A stretch of DNA of 63,573 bases, the filler included, from Phoronis australis (taxonomy: Eukaryota > Animalia > Phoronida), in NCBI GenBank assembly GCA_002633005.1. It is 8 parts of 8 records of this genome, joined end to end, with 100 filler letters (N's around TTAATTAATTAA, not from the genome) between each part and the next. Parts side by side here need not be neighbours in the genome. Positions count along the whole stretch, not along the records: positions 23,846 to 31,671 come from NMRA01001975.1; positions 31,772 to 37,365 come from NMRA01002305.1; positions 37,466 to 49,321 come from NMRA01000641.1; 5 more parts are not named here. One strand, 5' to 3'. The notes beneath the pieces were generated by a model that saw only the letters and a list, made by a program, of their open reading frames with translations, did no database searches and was not told the DNA's origin. Made by a program: the position numbers and the translations under genes. Shown in pieces: positions 26,617 through 39,593 of this stretch; positions within the stretch are counted from its first letter, which is position 1, and the number at the start of each line of letters is the position of its first letter.

Positions 26617-29388
26617 CATTTGTCTTATATATGGTTTCAGGAACAGCTGTTGTCCTAGCCATTAAAAGCACTGTATTTTGCTTTCATGTGCCTGCTACAG
26701 CTCATCAAAACTTTCTCTTCAGAATAACATACAGTCTGGTCATGACAAAGCAGTGTTGGATAACTGCAAGGCATATTATCTTGTTTTCCTGTTTGACTTG
26801 CAAGGGGTACTCCAGTTAAAGATTCAAGGCACCCCTTTGTTAACTTGAAACTAGGCTTTACAGTAGAGATCGATTGTAGTAAACAGGATTTCAGGACTGC
26901 CAGCTGTTACGGATTTTCTCGCATTCTACGCACTTTTTAGTAGCTGAAAGTCGATGTGTATGGGTTTTAATATGCAACCAGCTGAAAAGAGCGAAACTAT
27001 TGGAAGCAACAGATTGGCAACGATTGAGGCAGAAAACCAGTAAATGATGGAAATAGTCAAGAACGCAAGATATGACCAATAAGTCATATGCCAAGAACAA
27101 CCGTTTTAGTTTAATTTCTATATCAGGCTTTCCTTTTTATGATTGGTCAATTGAATTTAGTTTTTGAATGACTGACCAATGAAAAGGGCACTTACTTGGC
27201 TTTGCAACTATGGGACATCATCTGTTTTGGAAATCCATGTCGGTTGTGGAATTTCGAAGACCAATATTCCAAGGAACTAGAATACACTTAGAAAACGGGA
27301 AAAAGAATACGCCACGTTTTGTCATGCCGAAGTCACCACTGATTACCCATGCACCTGATACATTTGTGTGGATCAGGAATTATTATGAGATATCCAGATT
27401 TGCTAGGTCATGGTCCGGTGGGGAGAAATCAATCGTGCTGACAGCATAACATCAATGGGATTAGTCAGTGTTTTCAATGTCACATTTACTTGTTGGAACA
27501 TTGTTTGAAACTGAAAGTTATTATTTTTGATTGCTTCACACCTTGTGATTGAAATTTAAACATAATGAAAGTAAGGTAAAATCTCTCCAATTTCGGACAA
27601 AAATAATTGCCAAAATTAGTCTTCATTTTTCAAACCCTTCAACAATTGCCAAAATTAGTCTTTTTCATTTTTCAAAGCCTTATAATATTGTTTTGAATGT
27701 TCACAATTAACCAGAAGATAGACATGGCTAAGATCGTGAAAATGGTGTATCATTTATTTGGTGCTGCTTGACCTTTAATTAAAAATGAAAACATAAATTT
27801 CACTTGTCTGCCATATGTGTCCTAAATTGGTGAGACTTTACCGTACCCTTTGATTTAATCCACTCACATTTATAGAACTGGTCTTGTTCCTTACTATGTT
27901 TAGAAGTAATTTCTTGGCTTGGGACCGTGCTCAATAAATGGCTCGACCATGCTGTTGTGTTTTTTGTAGCAAGTTCAGAAATTACTTTCAACCCGCTTAA
28001 GGAACAACTAGAGACCTCTATGGTAAGAGGGTTATATCTAATTGATTATTGGCAGAAGGCAGCTTTAATATGCACATGCTTTGAGATGCACACGCTTCAA
28101 TATGCATACATTTTCATTTACTCAGTATTTTGTCCAAGTTTTCATCACTCAACAAATACGGAAATACGGCCCCACTTTAAGAAAAGAGGTAAACTCAAAT
28201 CTATATTAAAGAGGAACTTTGGCATCAACACACACAATTAGGAGTTATCATGCAACCAACAAACACAGAAAAGAAGGACCGGCTCAGCTCCGACTAGACA
28301 GATGGATATGGTGAGGCAGACAATGATGTACAGGTCTGGAGATTTGACTTAATTTTATGTCATTTATATAAACATCGTTTAAGGACAAATCTCCACTCAT
28401 CACGCACAAAAATAATGTCAAAGAAGTTAATTTTTCTATTTTCGGAAACCAGGGCTTGGAATGACCAATGACAAAAAACTCGGAAACTTTGAAACTTTTA
28501 CGGCCCAAATCATGCCCGATAACCAGCCTTGAATTGGTCAATGTGAACCTTTCCGCGACAAAAATCGGAAGGACTAAAAAAAAAACNNNNNNNNNNNNNN
28601 NNNNNNNNNNNNNNNNNNNNNNNNNNNNNNNNNNNNNNNNNNNNNNNNNNNNNNNNNNNNNNNNNNNNNNNNNNNNNNNNNNNNNNNNNNNNNNNNNNNN
28701 NNNNNNNNNNNNNNNNNNNNNNNNNNNNNNNNNNNNNNNNNNNNNNNNNNNNNNNNNNNNNNNNNNNNNNNNNNNNNNNNNNNNNNNNNNNNNNNNNNNN
28801 NNNNNNNNNNNNNNNNNNNNNNNNNNNNNNNNNNNNNNNNNNNNNNNNNNNNNNNNNNNNNNNNNNNNNNNNNNNNNNNNNNNNNNNNNNNNNNNNNNNN
28901 NNNNNNNNNNNNNNNNNNNNNNNNNNNNNNNNNNNNNNNNNNNNNNNNNNNNNNNNNNNNNNNNNNNNNNNNNNNNNNNNNNNNNNNNNNNNNNNNNNNN
29001 NNNNNNNNNNNNNNNNNNNNNNNNNNNNNNNNNNNNNNNNNNNNNNNNNNNNNNNNNNNNNNNNNNNNNNNNNNNNNNNNNNNNNNNNNNNNNNNNNNNN
29101 NNNNNNNNNNNNNNNNNNNNNNNNNNNNNNNNNNNNNNNNNNNNNNNNNNNNNNNNNNNNNNNNNNNNNNNNNNNNNNNNNNNNNNNNNNNNNNNNNNNN
29201 NNNNNNNNNNNNNNNNNNNNNNNNNNNNNNNNNNNNNNNNNNNNNNNNNNNNNNNNNNNNNNNNNNNNNNNNNNNNNNNNNNNNNNNNNNNNNNNNNNNN
29301 NNNNNNNNNNNNNNNNNNNNNNNNNNNNNNNNNNNNNNNNNNNNNNNNNNNNNNNNNNNNNNNNNNNNNNNNNNNNNNNNNNNNNNNN

Positions 29389-29900
29389 AAATCGTCGGAA
29401 AATCATCGTCAACCGTCCTCTACATAGTAAGCATATACATGCCAATTTTCACAATCATCCTTTGAGCGGTTTGGTTGATAGAGGGGTGGACGCACAAAAA
29501 CAGACTCGAAAACACTAAACATGGCCACTAGGTGGCGCAAACTATGTCGAATCCATCTGAAAACCGCATTTCATGAAAATCCGTTCAGGACTTTTGAAGA
29601 TACAAAGGTAAGCGTAAAAAACTAAAATTGCCACTAGGGGGCACACCGGTACTCGAACTTGTCCAAAAGTTCGCACATGCCGTCCCATTCATGAATGGAA
29701 CATATGTGCCAAATTTCATGAACGTATGTCAAAGGGTTTTGGAGATAGAGCAGCGGACGCCGGACACCGGACGCCGCCCGGACGGACGGAGATGACGGCA
29801 TAATGCGTCCACATATAAATATGAGGGCGCATAAAAAGCGGAAAGCACATTTGAAAAAAGCGGAAATCCGCGTTTCCGCGGAAAATTCCAAGCCCTGGGA
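29389..29900 (+). mobile_element. Interspersed repeat with internal subunits carrying CCACTAG(G/T)GGC motifs
   Basis: About 29395-29560 recurs at about 31460-31625; related sequence also at about 37610-37830 on another contig. Confidence 0.75.
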
Positions 29901-30306
29901 AACTCAGTCGTAATAAATAATGTTGTTTTGCAACATTACAAGGTAAAAGAGGCAGGCTACAATAGCTTAGAAATTTCTTTTTTATTTTTTTGTAAAAATA
30001 TCTTGCAAAATTGAATTTCACATGTCTGGTATATTGTTTGTTAAATAGGTGAATAATAAGGGTATCATTGTAATGTTGCTTTGTTCATACTCGGTAAATT
30101 TATAGAACCAAAAAATGTTGCGTATTGAGAAATACATGTCACCAGGTATAGGTGCTGGACTTCGCATTGACACATAAAGCATGGAAACGTGGATATTATT
30201 CAGTTTCTCTCATATGGTTTCCCTTATCAACCTCTTTATTATAAGAAAAAGATACCATCCATAACCATAAGCGTTAGCTATAGTTAAACAACACTCTGCA
30301 GCTTAC

Positions 30307-30457
30307 CGCTGTTCTAGGACGGAACCCTCGAGGCATGTAGCTTGCCAAGTAGCCACGCCCACCAGCACCTCTTGACCCTGCAGCACCGCGTCCACGCGGT
30401 CGAATGCCAGCAGCCATGCGAGGTTGACCACGCCCACCAGGGAAAAGCTGAACACCT
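30307..30457 (-). CDS. A1CF/RBM47-family RNA-binding protein, RG-rich exon
   Basis: catctag|A...GCG|GTAAGC, 151 nt; GVQLFPGGRGQPRMAAGIRPRGRGAAGSRGAGGRGYLASYMPRGFRPRTA resembles the RGRGAAG.RG.GGRGYL segment of vertebrate A1CF/RBM47 (recalled similarity). Confidence 0.75.
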
Positions 30458-31259
30458 CTAGATGACAAATGATTGGTTAATGAGCGCTGTTATTCAAATA
30501 GAATTTATAATGAGCAACTCTAGATGCCCGTTTCTCAAAGATTTGAGATTTTTTTATTTGAGTTGATGTAGTTTTTTTATAAATCTTAAACCAAAGGCAA
30601 ATATAGGAAAACTGGTAAATGGGTCTGACAACTTTTATCTGTTGCAGCCAAGTTTGGAAATCTGGAAAACATAAATTAGCATGAGAGTACGAGATTTTAA
30701 ACAAGAGCAACGCAGAGCGTTGAAATGCGCCCACAATTGCACCGCATACGGTATCCTTCTAGGGTTGTTTATTGGTACCATAAGTGGCCAGTAGAGGGCA
30801 TATATGTAGTATGTTGTACTTTGCAAAATGGAAAAGCATGGTCATCGTCTCCTCAATAGGCTAGGGGCAAAATGTGAGTGATCTTCATAATACAAGCACA
30901 TCCTATACATCAGTTGCTTAAAGCACCACAGAAACATAGAATTAAAAACAAATTTACCAACATACAAGATTAGCACAGCATTAGAATGCCTGAACAAATT
31001 TCTACTTGGAACTTTTCCTTCATAGTGACGAAGTAACACAAAGTATACACCTGAAGACCTATGAAAATANATCTTCATAATACATGCACATCCTATACAT
31101 CAGTTGCTTAAAGCACCACAGAAACAAAGAATTAAAAACAAATTTACCAACATACAAGATTAGCACAGCATTAGAATGCCAGAAACAAATTTCTACTTGG
31201 AACTTTTCCTTCATAGTCACGAAGTAACACTAAGTATACACATGAAGACCTATGAAAAT

Positions 31260-31670
31260 ACAGAGGTCAATGTAAAATACTTAAATTGCCACTAGAGGCA
31301 TACCGGTAGTCAGAATCATCCTAAAGTCGTCGCCGTCCGTTGTCAACATCACAAAAATACAGTTGCTAAATTTAGTAAAGATCCTGCAAACGGTTTGGGA
31401 GATACACCCATGGGCGCAAAAAAACTGCCACTAGGAGGCACCACAGTTATCAAAGTCATGGGAAATTCAGCGTCAACCGTCCTCTTCGCAGTAAAAACAT
31501 ACATGCCAATTTTCACAATCATACTTAGAGCGGTTTGGTTGAAAGAGGGGTGGACGCCAAAAAACAGACTCAAAAACAGTAAAAATGGCCACTGGGTGTC
31601 GCAAACTTGGTCGAATCCATCCGAAATCGAGAGGATAGCGTCATCTTACTAATAGGTGCCTACATACCAA
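31260..31670 (+). mobile_element. Second copy of the CCACTAG-motif repeat family
   Basis: Shares CGTCAACCGTCCTCT..CATGCCAATTTTCACAATCAT..GAGCGGTTTGGTTGA..GGGGTGGACGC..AAAACAGACTC with 29400-29520. Confidence 0.8.
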
Positions 31671-34600
31671 ANNNNNNNNNNNNNNNNNNNNNNNNNNNNN
31701 NNNNNNNNNNNNNNNTTAATTAATTAANNNNNNNNNNNNNNNNNNNNNNNNNNNNNNNNNNNNNNNNNNNNAATACTTCCTGAACCTAACATCAAACTTT
31801 ACAAATAATTCTTTTAGAAAAAAGAAACAATCTTTGAATTTTTATCAGCTGCATCAGAAAATCAGAGAAATGCTGCCAGAGCCAGTTCACCTTAACCTTA
31901 CACTGGACGTTCTGTATCCTGAGGTGCGAAATACTGAACAAAAAACGAAAAACACAATTTCTTGGTAATTTTCGTGCATTTGAATTGACTTGTGGTATGA
32001 AGTCATTGAATATGGACAGCTTTGTACAAGTTTGTCATTGATGCAATTTATCTATACCTTCCTGGTATTAATGATTGTAAACTAACCTCAACTGCATAAA
32101 AATTGATTTTGAGTGGCTTTAATACCTTTGAGAGGCACCTCAAGGCCCATTTATGAGACTAACTTGCATGCACCTGTACATAAAGTATATTAATGGCAAT
32201 ATTTTTGTAATAAAGTAATATTGCATATTTTCTAGGTGTTGATAGCTACGATCCATCAAGATCATTCCCGCACTTTAGCAGAGGTTGCAGTCACAGGAGC
32301 ACCGCACCTTGCACCAGATACCTCATCTACAATGCCTGTGTTGTCATAGACAAACGAAGTTGCCAATGATTCGTCACCGTATAAGAAACAGGTGTCAGTT
32401 GTGATCGAAGAATAAAGAAACTCAAGGACATCTGGTTGTTGTAACAGCAAAGTATGCAAGTGCTGTACACTATCAAGTTAATATATAAATATGTATACAT
32501 ATGTGAAGAGCAAGTAATCCGATGTTTATACATACTATTTTTCTGTTAACACAGACCACAATGGCAAATGGACCGCCAGCTTCTCCTGCATGGGCCACTT
32601 TGTAGCTTCTGGTTAGTTTTCCATCAGTCTTCAGGAGGTCTATAGCCTGTGTAGGACACATTTGAAAGATCAACTTCATCAGTGTTCCATTCGTGTCTGG
32701 ACATAATCACACACACAGGTGTCATTTCATTACACATTTTGTGTTAAATATCAGACGGTAAAGTCCGTGATCTAATTCATTTGAAAGCAATTTACAGTAC
32801 TATGGTATTTCATGTAGACACTAGTTAGTGCCAGTAAGACTTAACTAACTGGAAGCTAGGAGAACGCCTCCAAGCATGTATTTTACATGGGTATCTTATA
32901 AGAGAAATAAGGACTGCAGCATTGACTGTGACACTTACAGGAACCTGGCAGTCCCATCTTCTATAGTCTATTACATTACAAAGGCTGGTTAGGCCTAATT
33001 TTTGAAAATAAAACACAACTCTTACATACTTAATATGTTATAAGTAATTTCAAATATTTTGAATACTACTAGATATCCATTGAATACGAGGCATCCAACT
33101 GATTAAGGCAGACAGAAATATGATTTGTTGTTTTCTAAAGAAGAAACAGTAGCTGAAACAACACCAAAAGGAGGATGTCCTGATTTTGATACATTGTTGT
33201 GTAATGATTTCAAATAAAATGACTCAAGTACACAAAACAAAGTATAATTGAACTAAAAATTACATTTTGATCAACTTTTTAAAACGTTTTTGCATTGCTA
33301 AAAAGGATACCTACCCACTGATATCACATGGAGAAAAAAGCTCATCACCCTAAAATATGATTAACATTATCCCCTAGCTTACATATCAGTTGTAACATGA
33401 TTGACTACATTTTAAATAAGGTGACTTCGGAGCGAGGGGCACACACAAAAAGGTATTTTATTGTAATGTTTTTTATCAGCATACCCTCTTGCTGCACAAT
33501 ATGTGTTTGCACATAACTAAGAGCTTATATGCGTCTGTATGCAAACGACTGGGATTCAGTAACATAATCTTGAAAAACTGAAAACATTTGTAAAATTCAA
33601 TTCGCGCACCACAAGAAGTCTAATGAAAATGTTCCCGAGTTGTATTTTTTCAAAAACCATTGTGTTCATGAAAAGAGATTCGTATAAAAAGTTAAACAGG
33701 TGTGCCTTTATGCGAAGAATATTATGGGCCTGTGCAGGGGACAACACCTCGGGGCTTATAAAAAAGGCCACAAAAGGCGCTATTCTGAGTACAGGCCCAT
33801 AAGCCTAATGGCACACCAATACAATAACATTTTTGGACAAGCAAAGGAAACATCTGAGGACCTGATTAAGAAAGAAGAAATTTTTAAGGTTTTGACCATT
33901 TCTAGAGCTTAATTGTCTCCACTTACAGGAATTAGGAGAATATGGTATTTTTTTCTAAGCAGAGTGCATGACAATCTGATACAGATACGTCTTCTTTGGA
34001 GTAATAAGATAAGTTGTCTCAAGAATGGGCGTTCTCTGGAAACGAAACCAGAGTTGAAACAGTTCAGAGATATTGCCCGTCAGTGCTTAGTATGCAGCAC
34101 TTTATCAAAACACAACAAGTGATAGGGAATAGTTTAATGTGTCAACAGTGGCACACTTTCACGACAACACCTACAATAGAGGAGAACTCAATAGTGGGCT
34201 CCCACAATAGGGGGTTGTTAGCAGTATTGTACTTATGGACTGAAACTGGGTGCATGAGTGCAAGATGCCAANCTTAGTATGCAGCACTTTATCAAAACAC
34301 AACAAGTGATAGGGAATAGTTTAATGTGTCAACAGTGGCACACTTTCATGACAACACCTACAATAGAGGAGAACTCAATAGTGGACTCCCACAATAGGGG
34401 GTTGTTAGCAGTATTGTACTTATGGACTGAAACTGGGTGCATGAGTGCAAGATGCCAAATTCTCAACCACTAGAATATGTGTTCAAATACCTGGCCACAG
34501 AAACAGACAGCTGAGCATATGCTGATAGTGATAAGTAAGTTTTAGTGTAAGCAATGAAGAACGAATAGAAGCATCATGTTTTCAGTCAAAACGAAGTTTG

Positions 34601-35432
34601 GTGAAGTTCTAACTCAATCAGTTTTGTCATAGGACATTTTTGGACTAGTGGAATGGACAAGCATAAATGCTAATTTTTACAAAAAAACTTACAACTAATG
34701 GTACAGTGTTTACAAGCTGTAAACTGTAGTGTAATGAGCCAAATCTACACAGTCAGAGCTGGGTATAGCAGGAGAGTTGAAAAAGGTGACCCCTCAACTC
34801 AGTGTNNNNNNNNNNNNNNNNNNNNNNNNNNNNNNNNNNNNNNNNNNNNNNNNNNNNNNNNNNNNNNNNNNNNNNNNNNNNNNNNNNNNNNNNNNNNNNN
34901 NNNNNNNNNNNNNNNNNNNNNNNNNNNNNNNNNNNNNNNNNNNNNNNNNNNNNNNNNNNNNNNNNNNNNNNNNNNNNNNNNNNNNNNNNNNNNNNNNNNN
35001 NNNNNNNNNNNNNNNNNNNNNNNNNNNNNNNNNNNNNNNNNNNNNNNNNNNNNNNNNNNNNNNNNNNNNNNNNNNNNNNNNNNNNNNNNNNNNNNNNNNN
35101 NNNNNNNNNNNNNNNNNNNNNNNNNNNNNNNNNNNNNNNNNNNNNNNNNNNNNNNNNNNNNNNNNNNNNNNNNNNNNNNNNNNNNNNNNNNNNNNNNNNN
35201 NNNNNNNNNNNNNNNNNNNNNNNNNNNNNNNNNNNNNNNNNNNNNNNNNNNNNNNNNNNNNNNNNNNNNNNNNNNNNNNNNNCTTTTCAAGTGTTACGCG
35301 GGCTTCACGACTATGTGACCTTTTGTGGCAATCATGGCCGCTTCCACTTCTACCAGTGTCACCCCATAGATACCACGTCTGAGGTCGGTGCTGCGCCAAA
35401 TAACCGCAGCGATTTGCAAGACAAAACAAGAT

Positions 35433-35555
35433 ATGGCCGCCTCCAGTTCTCCGCTTGTTCAAAGACTTATCTCTGCGTCCGTTTCTATTGCAAATCGGAG
35501 TGGGAAATTAATAAGAGACATTCTTAGCAAAGGAGATTTGGGAATTGTAGATAAA
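35433..35555 (+). CDS. BPNT1: 3'(2'),5'-bisphosphate nucleotidase 1, first coding exon
   Basis: MAASSSPLVQRLISASVSIANRSGKLIRDILSKGDLGIVDK matches the BPNT1 N-terminus (..RLVASAYSIA..AG..VR.V...GDLGIVEK). It is followed by GCAAGT, a putative GC donor. Confidence 0.88.
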
Positions 35556-35924
35556 GCAAGTAGAAAAAAGTCTACTCTAAGCAAAAAAGGCGTAGCCGCG
35601 TATTTCGAATGAAGAATAAGCGGATAAGATCCAGGCTCAGGGTTTACTCTCCTGACACAGACTGAGACCATTTAGACAGTCAGGCTAGAAAATTAATCAA
35701 TCACAGCATCATGATTCGAGTTCAGTGACATGATCTCCACAGTCTTAGCCCTAGCCGTAGAAGATGGTGACCATCCCGGCCCTTCATAAACCGGAAGCTT
35801 TTCAGTGAATTATGACTCACACTGATTAAACCATCAAAATGACGTTGCTATAAATATCTTTTGCGCTTAGCTTGACACCGATGTCCAATTCCTTCCAAAT
35901 GACATCCCCTGCCACTAGCACGAG

Positions 35925-36083
35925 TGTTGTGAAGCATGACTTCCGGTTGTCACGACACGTACAGTCAGATAAAGCCTCTCTGTGCCACTTGCCAAGTGGC
36001 AATTGCCTCTTGGCGGAATGATTTAGATGCTTGACTGTCGCTCGTGCAACCCGGGTTCAAGTCTCGGTCATTACGAAATTTTC
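35925..36083 (+). mobile_element. tRNA-derived repeat, copy 1 (GTC anticodon-like loop)
   Basis: TGGCGGAATGA (A-box-like), CTTGA-CTGTCGC-TCGTG arm, GGGTTCAAGTC (B-box); duplicated at 36277-36438. Confidence 0.6.
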
Positions 36084-36276
36084 TACATTGGCGCCCAACT
36101 AAGGAAAAATCCACGACTAATCCTGAGGTTAAGAGCGGCGGATGGAGAGGGTGCGACCTGGTACTGGTGGATTCAGAACACAAGAGAGAGCGTTGCTGAG
36201 GTCGAATTCCAGGACGCTAGGGTGTTGCTGAGATCTAAAAGCCAGGGAGCGCGCCTGTTCTGCGGAAGGGGAAGTA

Positions 36277-36438
36277 GTGTTGTGAAGCGTAACTTCCGGT
36301 TGTCACGACACGTACAGTCAGATAAAAAGCCTCTCTAAGCCGCTTGCCAAGTGGCAATTGCCTCTTGGCTGAATGGTTTAGATGCTTGACTGTCGCTCGT
36401 GCAACCCGGGTTTAAGTCTCGGTCATTACGAAATTTTC
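36277..36438 (+). mobile_element. tRNA-derived repeat, copy 2
   Basis: Near-identical direct repeat of 35925-36083. Confidence 0.6.
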
Positions 36439-37609
36439 AGTGTAAAAATGGACACTTGCCCATTTGGGCAATTGAATGAAGGACTGTTCGAGTGTTTTTT
36501 CGAATTGGAAGGAATTAAAGACACCAACGGCCTCCTTAGATGTCTCTCTATACATAAAATGTACATACAGCAACATGACTTTGATGGTGTGAGTCATAAT
36601 TTGCTGAAAAGCTTCTGCCTTATGAAGGGCCAATGGGATGGCCACAGTCTACTGCTAGTTGAGACGGTGACTCTCGAAACGTGCCATGTAGTTGGTCATT
36701 TTTAATCTAGTTTCAAGTACAGAGATTAGACTGCGGACCCTGGAAATCTTTTCTTAGTCTCTCATAGTTGCTGGATTCTTTCTGATCAGTGATTCTCAAC
36801 GCATATTCTGCTTCTTTGGACAGTCTATTGGTTTTTTGCTCTCAGTTTTGCAGTTAAGGTTATACACAGTCATTGATCAGCATACAAGCAAATTCAAGTA
36901 AAGTGCATTGTTCTCCAAGTCTACTTGTGTTTATGTGAGCTTCATCAGCTACTTGAAACCCCTTTGACAGCTGAAACTGGGTTTTGGTAATCAGATTTAT
37001 AGGTTGCATTTCAAATCAATGTTTGCTGAAACCAGTGAAGGCTGTTCACATCCACATTGAAATTGATTGGGTTCAGGATTTGAGATCCAAGCAGGCATGC
37101 ATTGCAGTTATTGGCCACCAATTTAGCACGTTCATCCAATAACTCCATCGCTCGACACTAAGTAAGGATAATGCTCGATTGCATTTGGCGACTTGGCAAA
37201 ATTCCCAGGTTATCAAGTGAAATCTGAGGTCGCCAAAACTGAAAATCACAAAATCTGATGTTGCCAAATCTGCATCCATGGTAGAAATCGTTGACTAAAA
37301 AACCTACATTCTACGAATCTTACGCATTTGCATACCTCTCCAATTTCTCCCCGTAAATGTACTTCNNNNNNNNNNNNNNNNNNNNNNNNNNNNNNNNNNN
37401 NNNNNNNNNTTAATTAATTAANNNNNNNNNNNNNNNNNNNNNNNNNNNNNNNNNNNNNNNNNNNNTCAGCGATCGCTTTCAGAATTCAGTGTTTTGACCA
37501 TGAATTCGAATTGGCTTTAGTTTGGCACGCAAGTCAGGCAAATGTGAGTTTTATTTGTATGTTAGAACCGATTAACTGCAACATTATTTTGACTACAGTC
37601 CCCTTTTAA

Positions 37610-37830
37610 AGATACAGAGGTAAATGTAAAAAATAATTGCCACTAGGGGGCACAATGGTTGTCAGATCCGTCCGTAATTCGTCCTCTTCTGTCGTCATCT
37701 TCATATGAACTCATCTGTCAAATTTGGTGAAGATACTTTGAGGGGTTCAGGAGATACAGCTGCGGACGCTGGACGCCCAGACAGAGATGAAGGCAATTTG
37801 CACCCACATATAGGTATGCGGGCGCATGGA
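37610..37830 (+). mobile_element. Third copy of the CCACTAG-motif repeat family
   Basis: ATACAGAGG..TGTAAAA..AATTGCCACTAGGGGGCAC..AAATTT..GAGATA..GCGGACGC.GGAC.CC..AC..GAGATGA.GGCA matches about 29600-29830 and about 31260. Confidence 0.75.
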
Positions 37831-39593
37831 AATGCGACCTCTGTGAGCATTTGAATTTGACTTCGAAAACAAAATAGCCAACACGTCCGCCATCTTGAAT
37901 CTGTTCATGATGAACGACCATAAGCTTCTAGCACTTCGGGGGACTAGAAATTGTGGGTGAATCTTGTGCCAATTGGGGTAAATAGTGCAACCTGTATGTA
38001 GAGTGCAGACAAAAAATTGATGAAGTTTCATGTGATGGCAGATACAATGATTCACCATGTAATTAGGTAAATTAAAACCTAATCAAACAATGGGAGGGAT
38101 TGTCAATGGCTGCTTTTAAATTAATGGACAGGTATATAGTTACGACTTTCTGTCCACCAAATCCAAGTTGCTTTCTTGGTCTCATTTATAGACACTGTAT
38201 TAGCCCTAGTAAGCGCCGGAAGGCAGCTGGCGACCGGGCTTCCTATATTAATATGAGTCACCTCGCCCGACGAGCGAGGCCGTCAATTTTTATATAGGTA
38301 GCCCACTTGAAGGGGGCCACAGAGTCTTATAGGCTGCCGAAGAGCAAAGTGCCACACAAGGAGACAAAACATGTATCATATTTTGCAAAAAAATCAATTA
38401 TCGATCAGCTTGTTCATAGTTGTCTCATTGTTGTACAAAATATCTTGTTTGAAAGACAAATGATTGTTGTCCAGTGATACACCCCATTACCTTTAACATT
38501 TTTTTTCTTACTAGAAAGAACAATGGATGCATTTCATTTATTGTGCCAATTTCATACTTACATGTAAGCCAATATTTTGTTTGGTTTCATAATATTGCGG
38601 GTGTCAATAAATGTCGATTAAGCAATGATTCATTAAGTTTTGACATGTGAACTATCTATTATATAAAATGCATCGTTTGCACAAACTCCGTTTGCCCCGC
38701 TCCACTACAGACCTTCGTTGCGCCAGTTTCGGCACCGTGTTGGTGTCAGGTATTGCACCGGCTAACTATTTGGATTTGAGGTGTTCTTTTTTTCTTGCGG
38801 GCCATTTTTTTCGCGGACGCAGAGGGAGGGTGGCAAGTTTCGTACTAGCCTTGGTGACTTCAGTTGGTCGGCTCAAAGTCCTGGGAGACATCACTTCGTC
38901 GGCTTACTTTCACTCCCCCCCGGCTTCTGTCGTGTCGACCCTGTCGCCGCCAAAATTAATGATGCCTCATTAAATTTTTTTTACTCTTCCTTGAGTAAAC
39001 TAAATTATTTACCGGAGTGTTGGAAAATTGGTGTTCTTCAGTCATTCTGAGGTTAAAATTGCGATGCGCTCTTTGAGTGCAGTTGCGTCGCCTATCGGGC
39101 CAATTTCCATGTTCTTCAATCAACTGTGTAACAATCGGAAGTGGTTTCATTTCATTACAAGTTTTTACTATATCAATACCAAAAAACAATTTCAGAAAAT
39201 AGTCTCGAGAGATATCGCAAAGTTTTTGGAAATGGCGCGTACATGCGCGTGTCACGAGATTGCACCGTTTTCAAAACTATGGCAGGATTTTCCTTTGTTA
39301 CAAAAAGGCGGAGAATTATGAAAATAACATTTAATAGATTTCGTTTACTTCCATGAACGGCTGTAATAGGCACTGTGAATGTCGATTCATTCCCAGATTC
39401 TGCATGCACCCCTGCAGGTTGTTAGCTCTAAGTTTCACGACAAGGCTGCTACCTGTGCTTTCGCACGGGTAACGGCTAGTGATTGAAATAAAATTGAAAA
39501 GTGAATAGATTGGTTCCCGTCCTCCAACCATCAAATGGTTCCTGTGCCTATACCCTATTGCTCAGCCCCTCCACTATGAGGGTAATAAACCAA

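Noticed and set aside
28468-29445. Long ORFs of 200-300 aa here, at 34698-35527 and at 61267-62018
   Set aside because: They are made of N-gap X residues.
30881-34458. Tandem duplications at 30881-31260 and 34086-34458 (also 41552-41808 and 44258-44334)
   Set aside because: Each pair abuts a single N, typical of unmerged allelic contig overlaps.
36645-36690. Hammerhead ribozyme-like GAGA..TCTC-GAAAC
   Set aside because: It lacks the CUGANGA core, so it cannot be supported.
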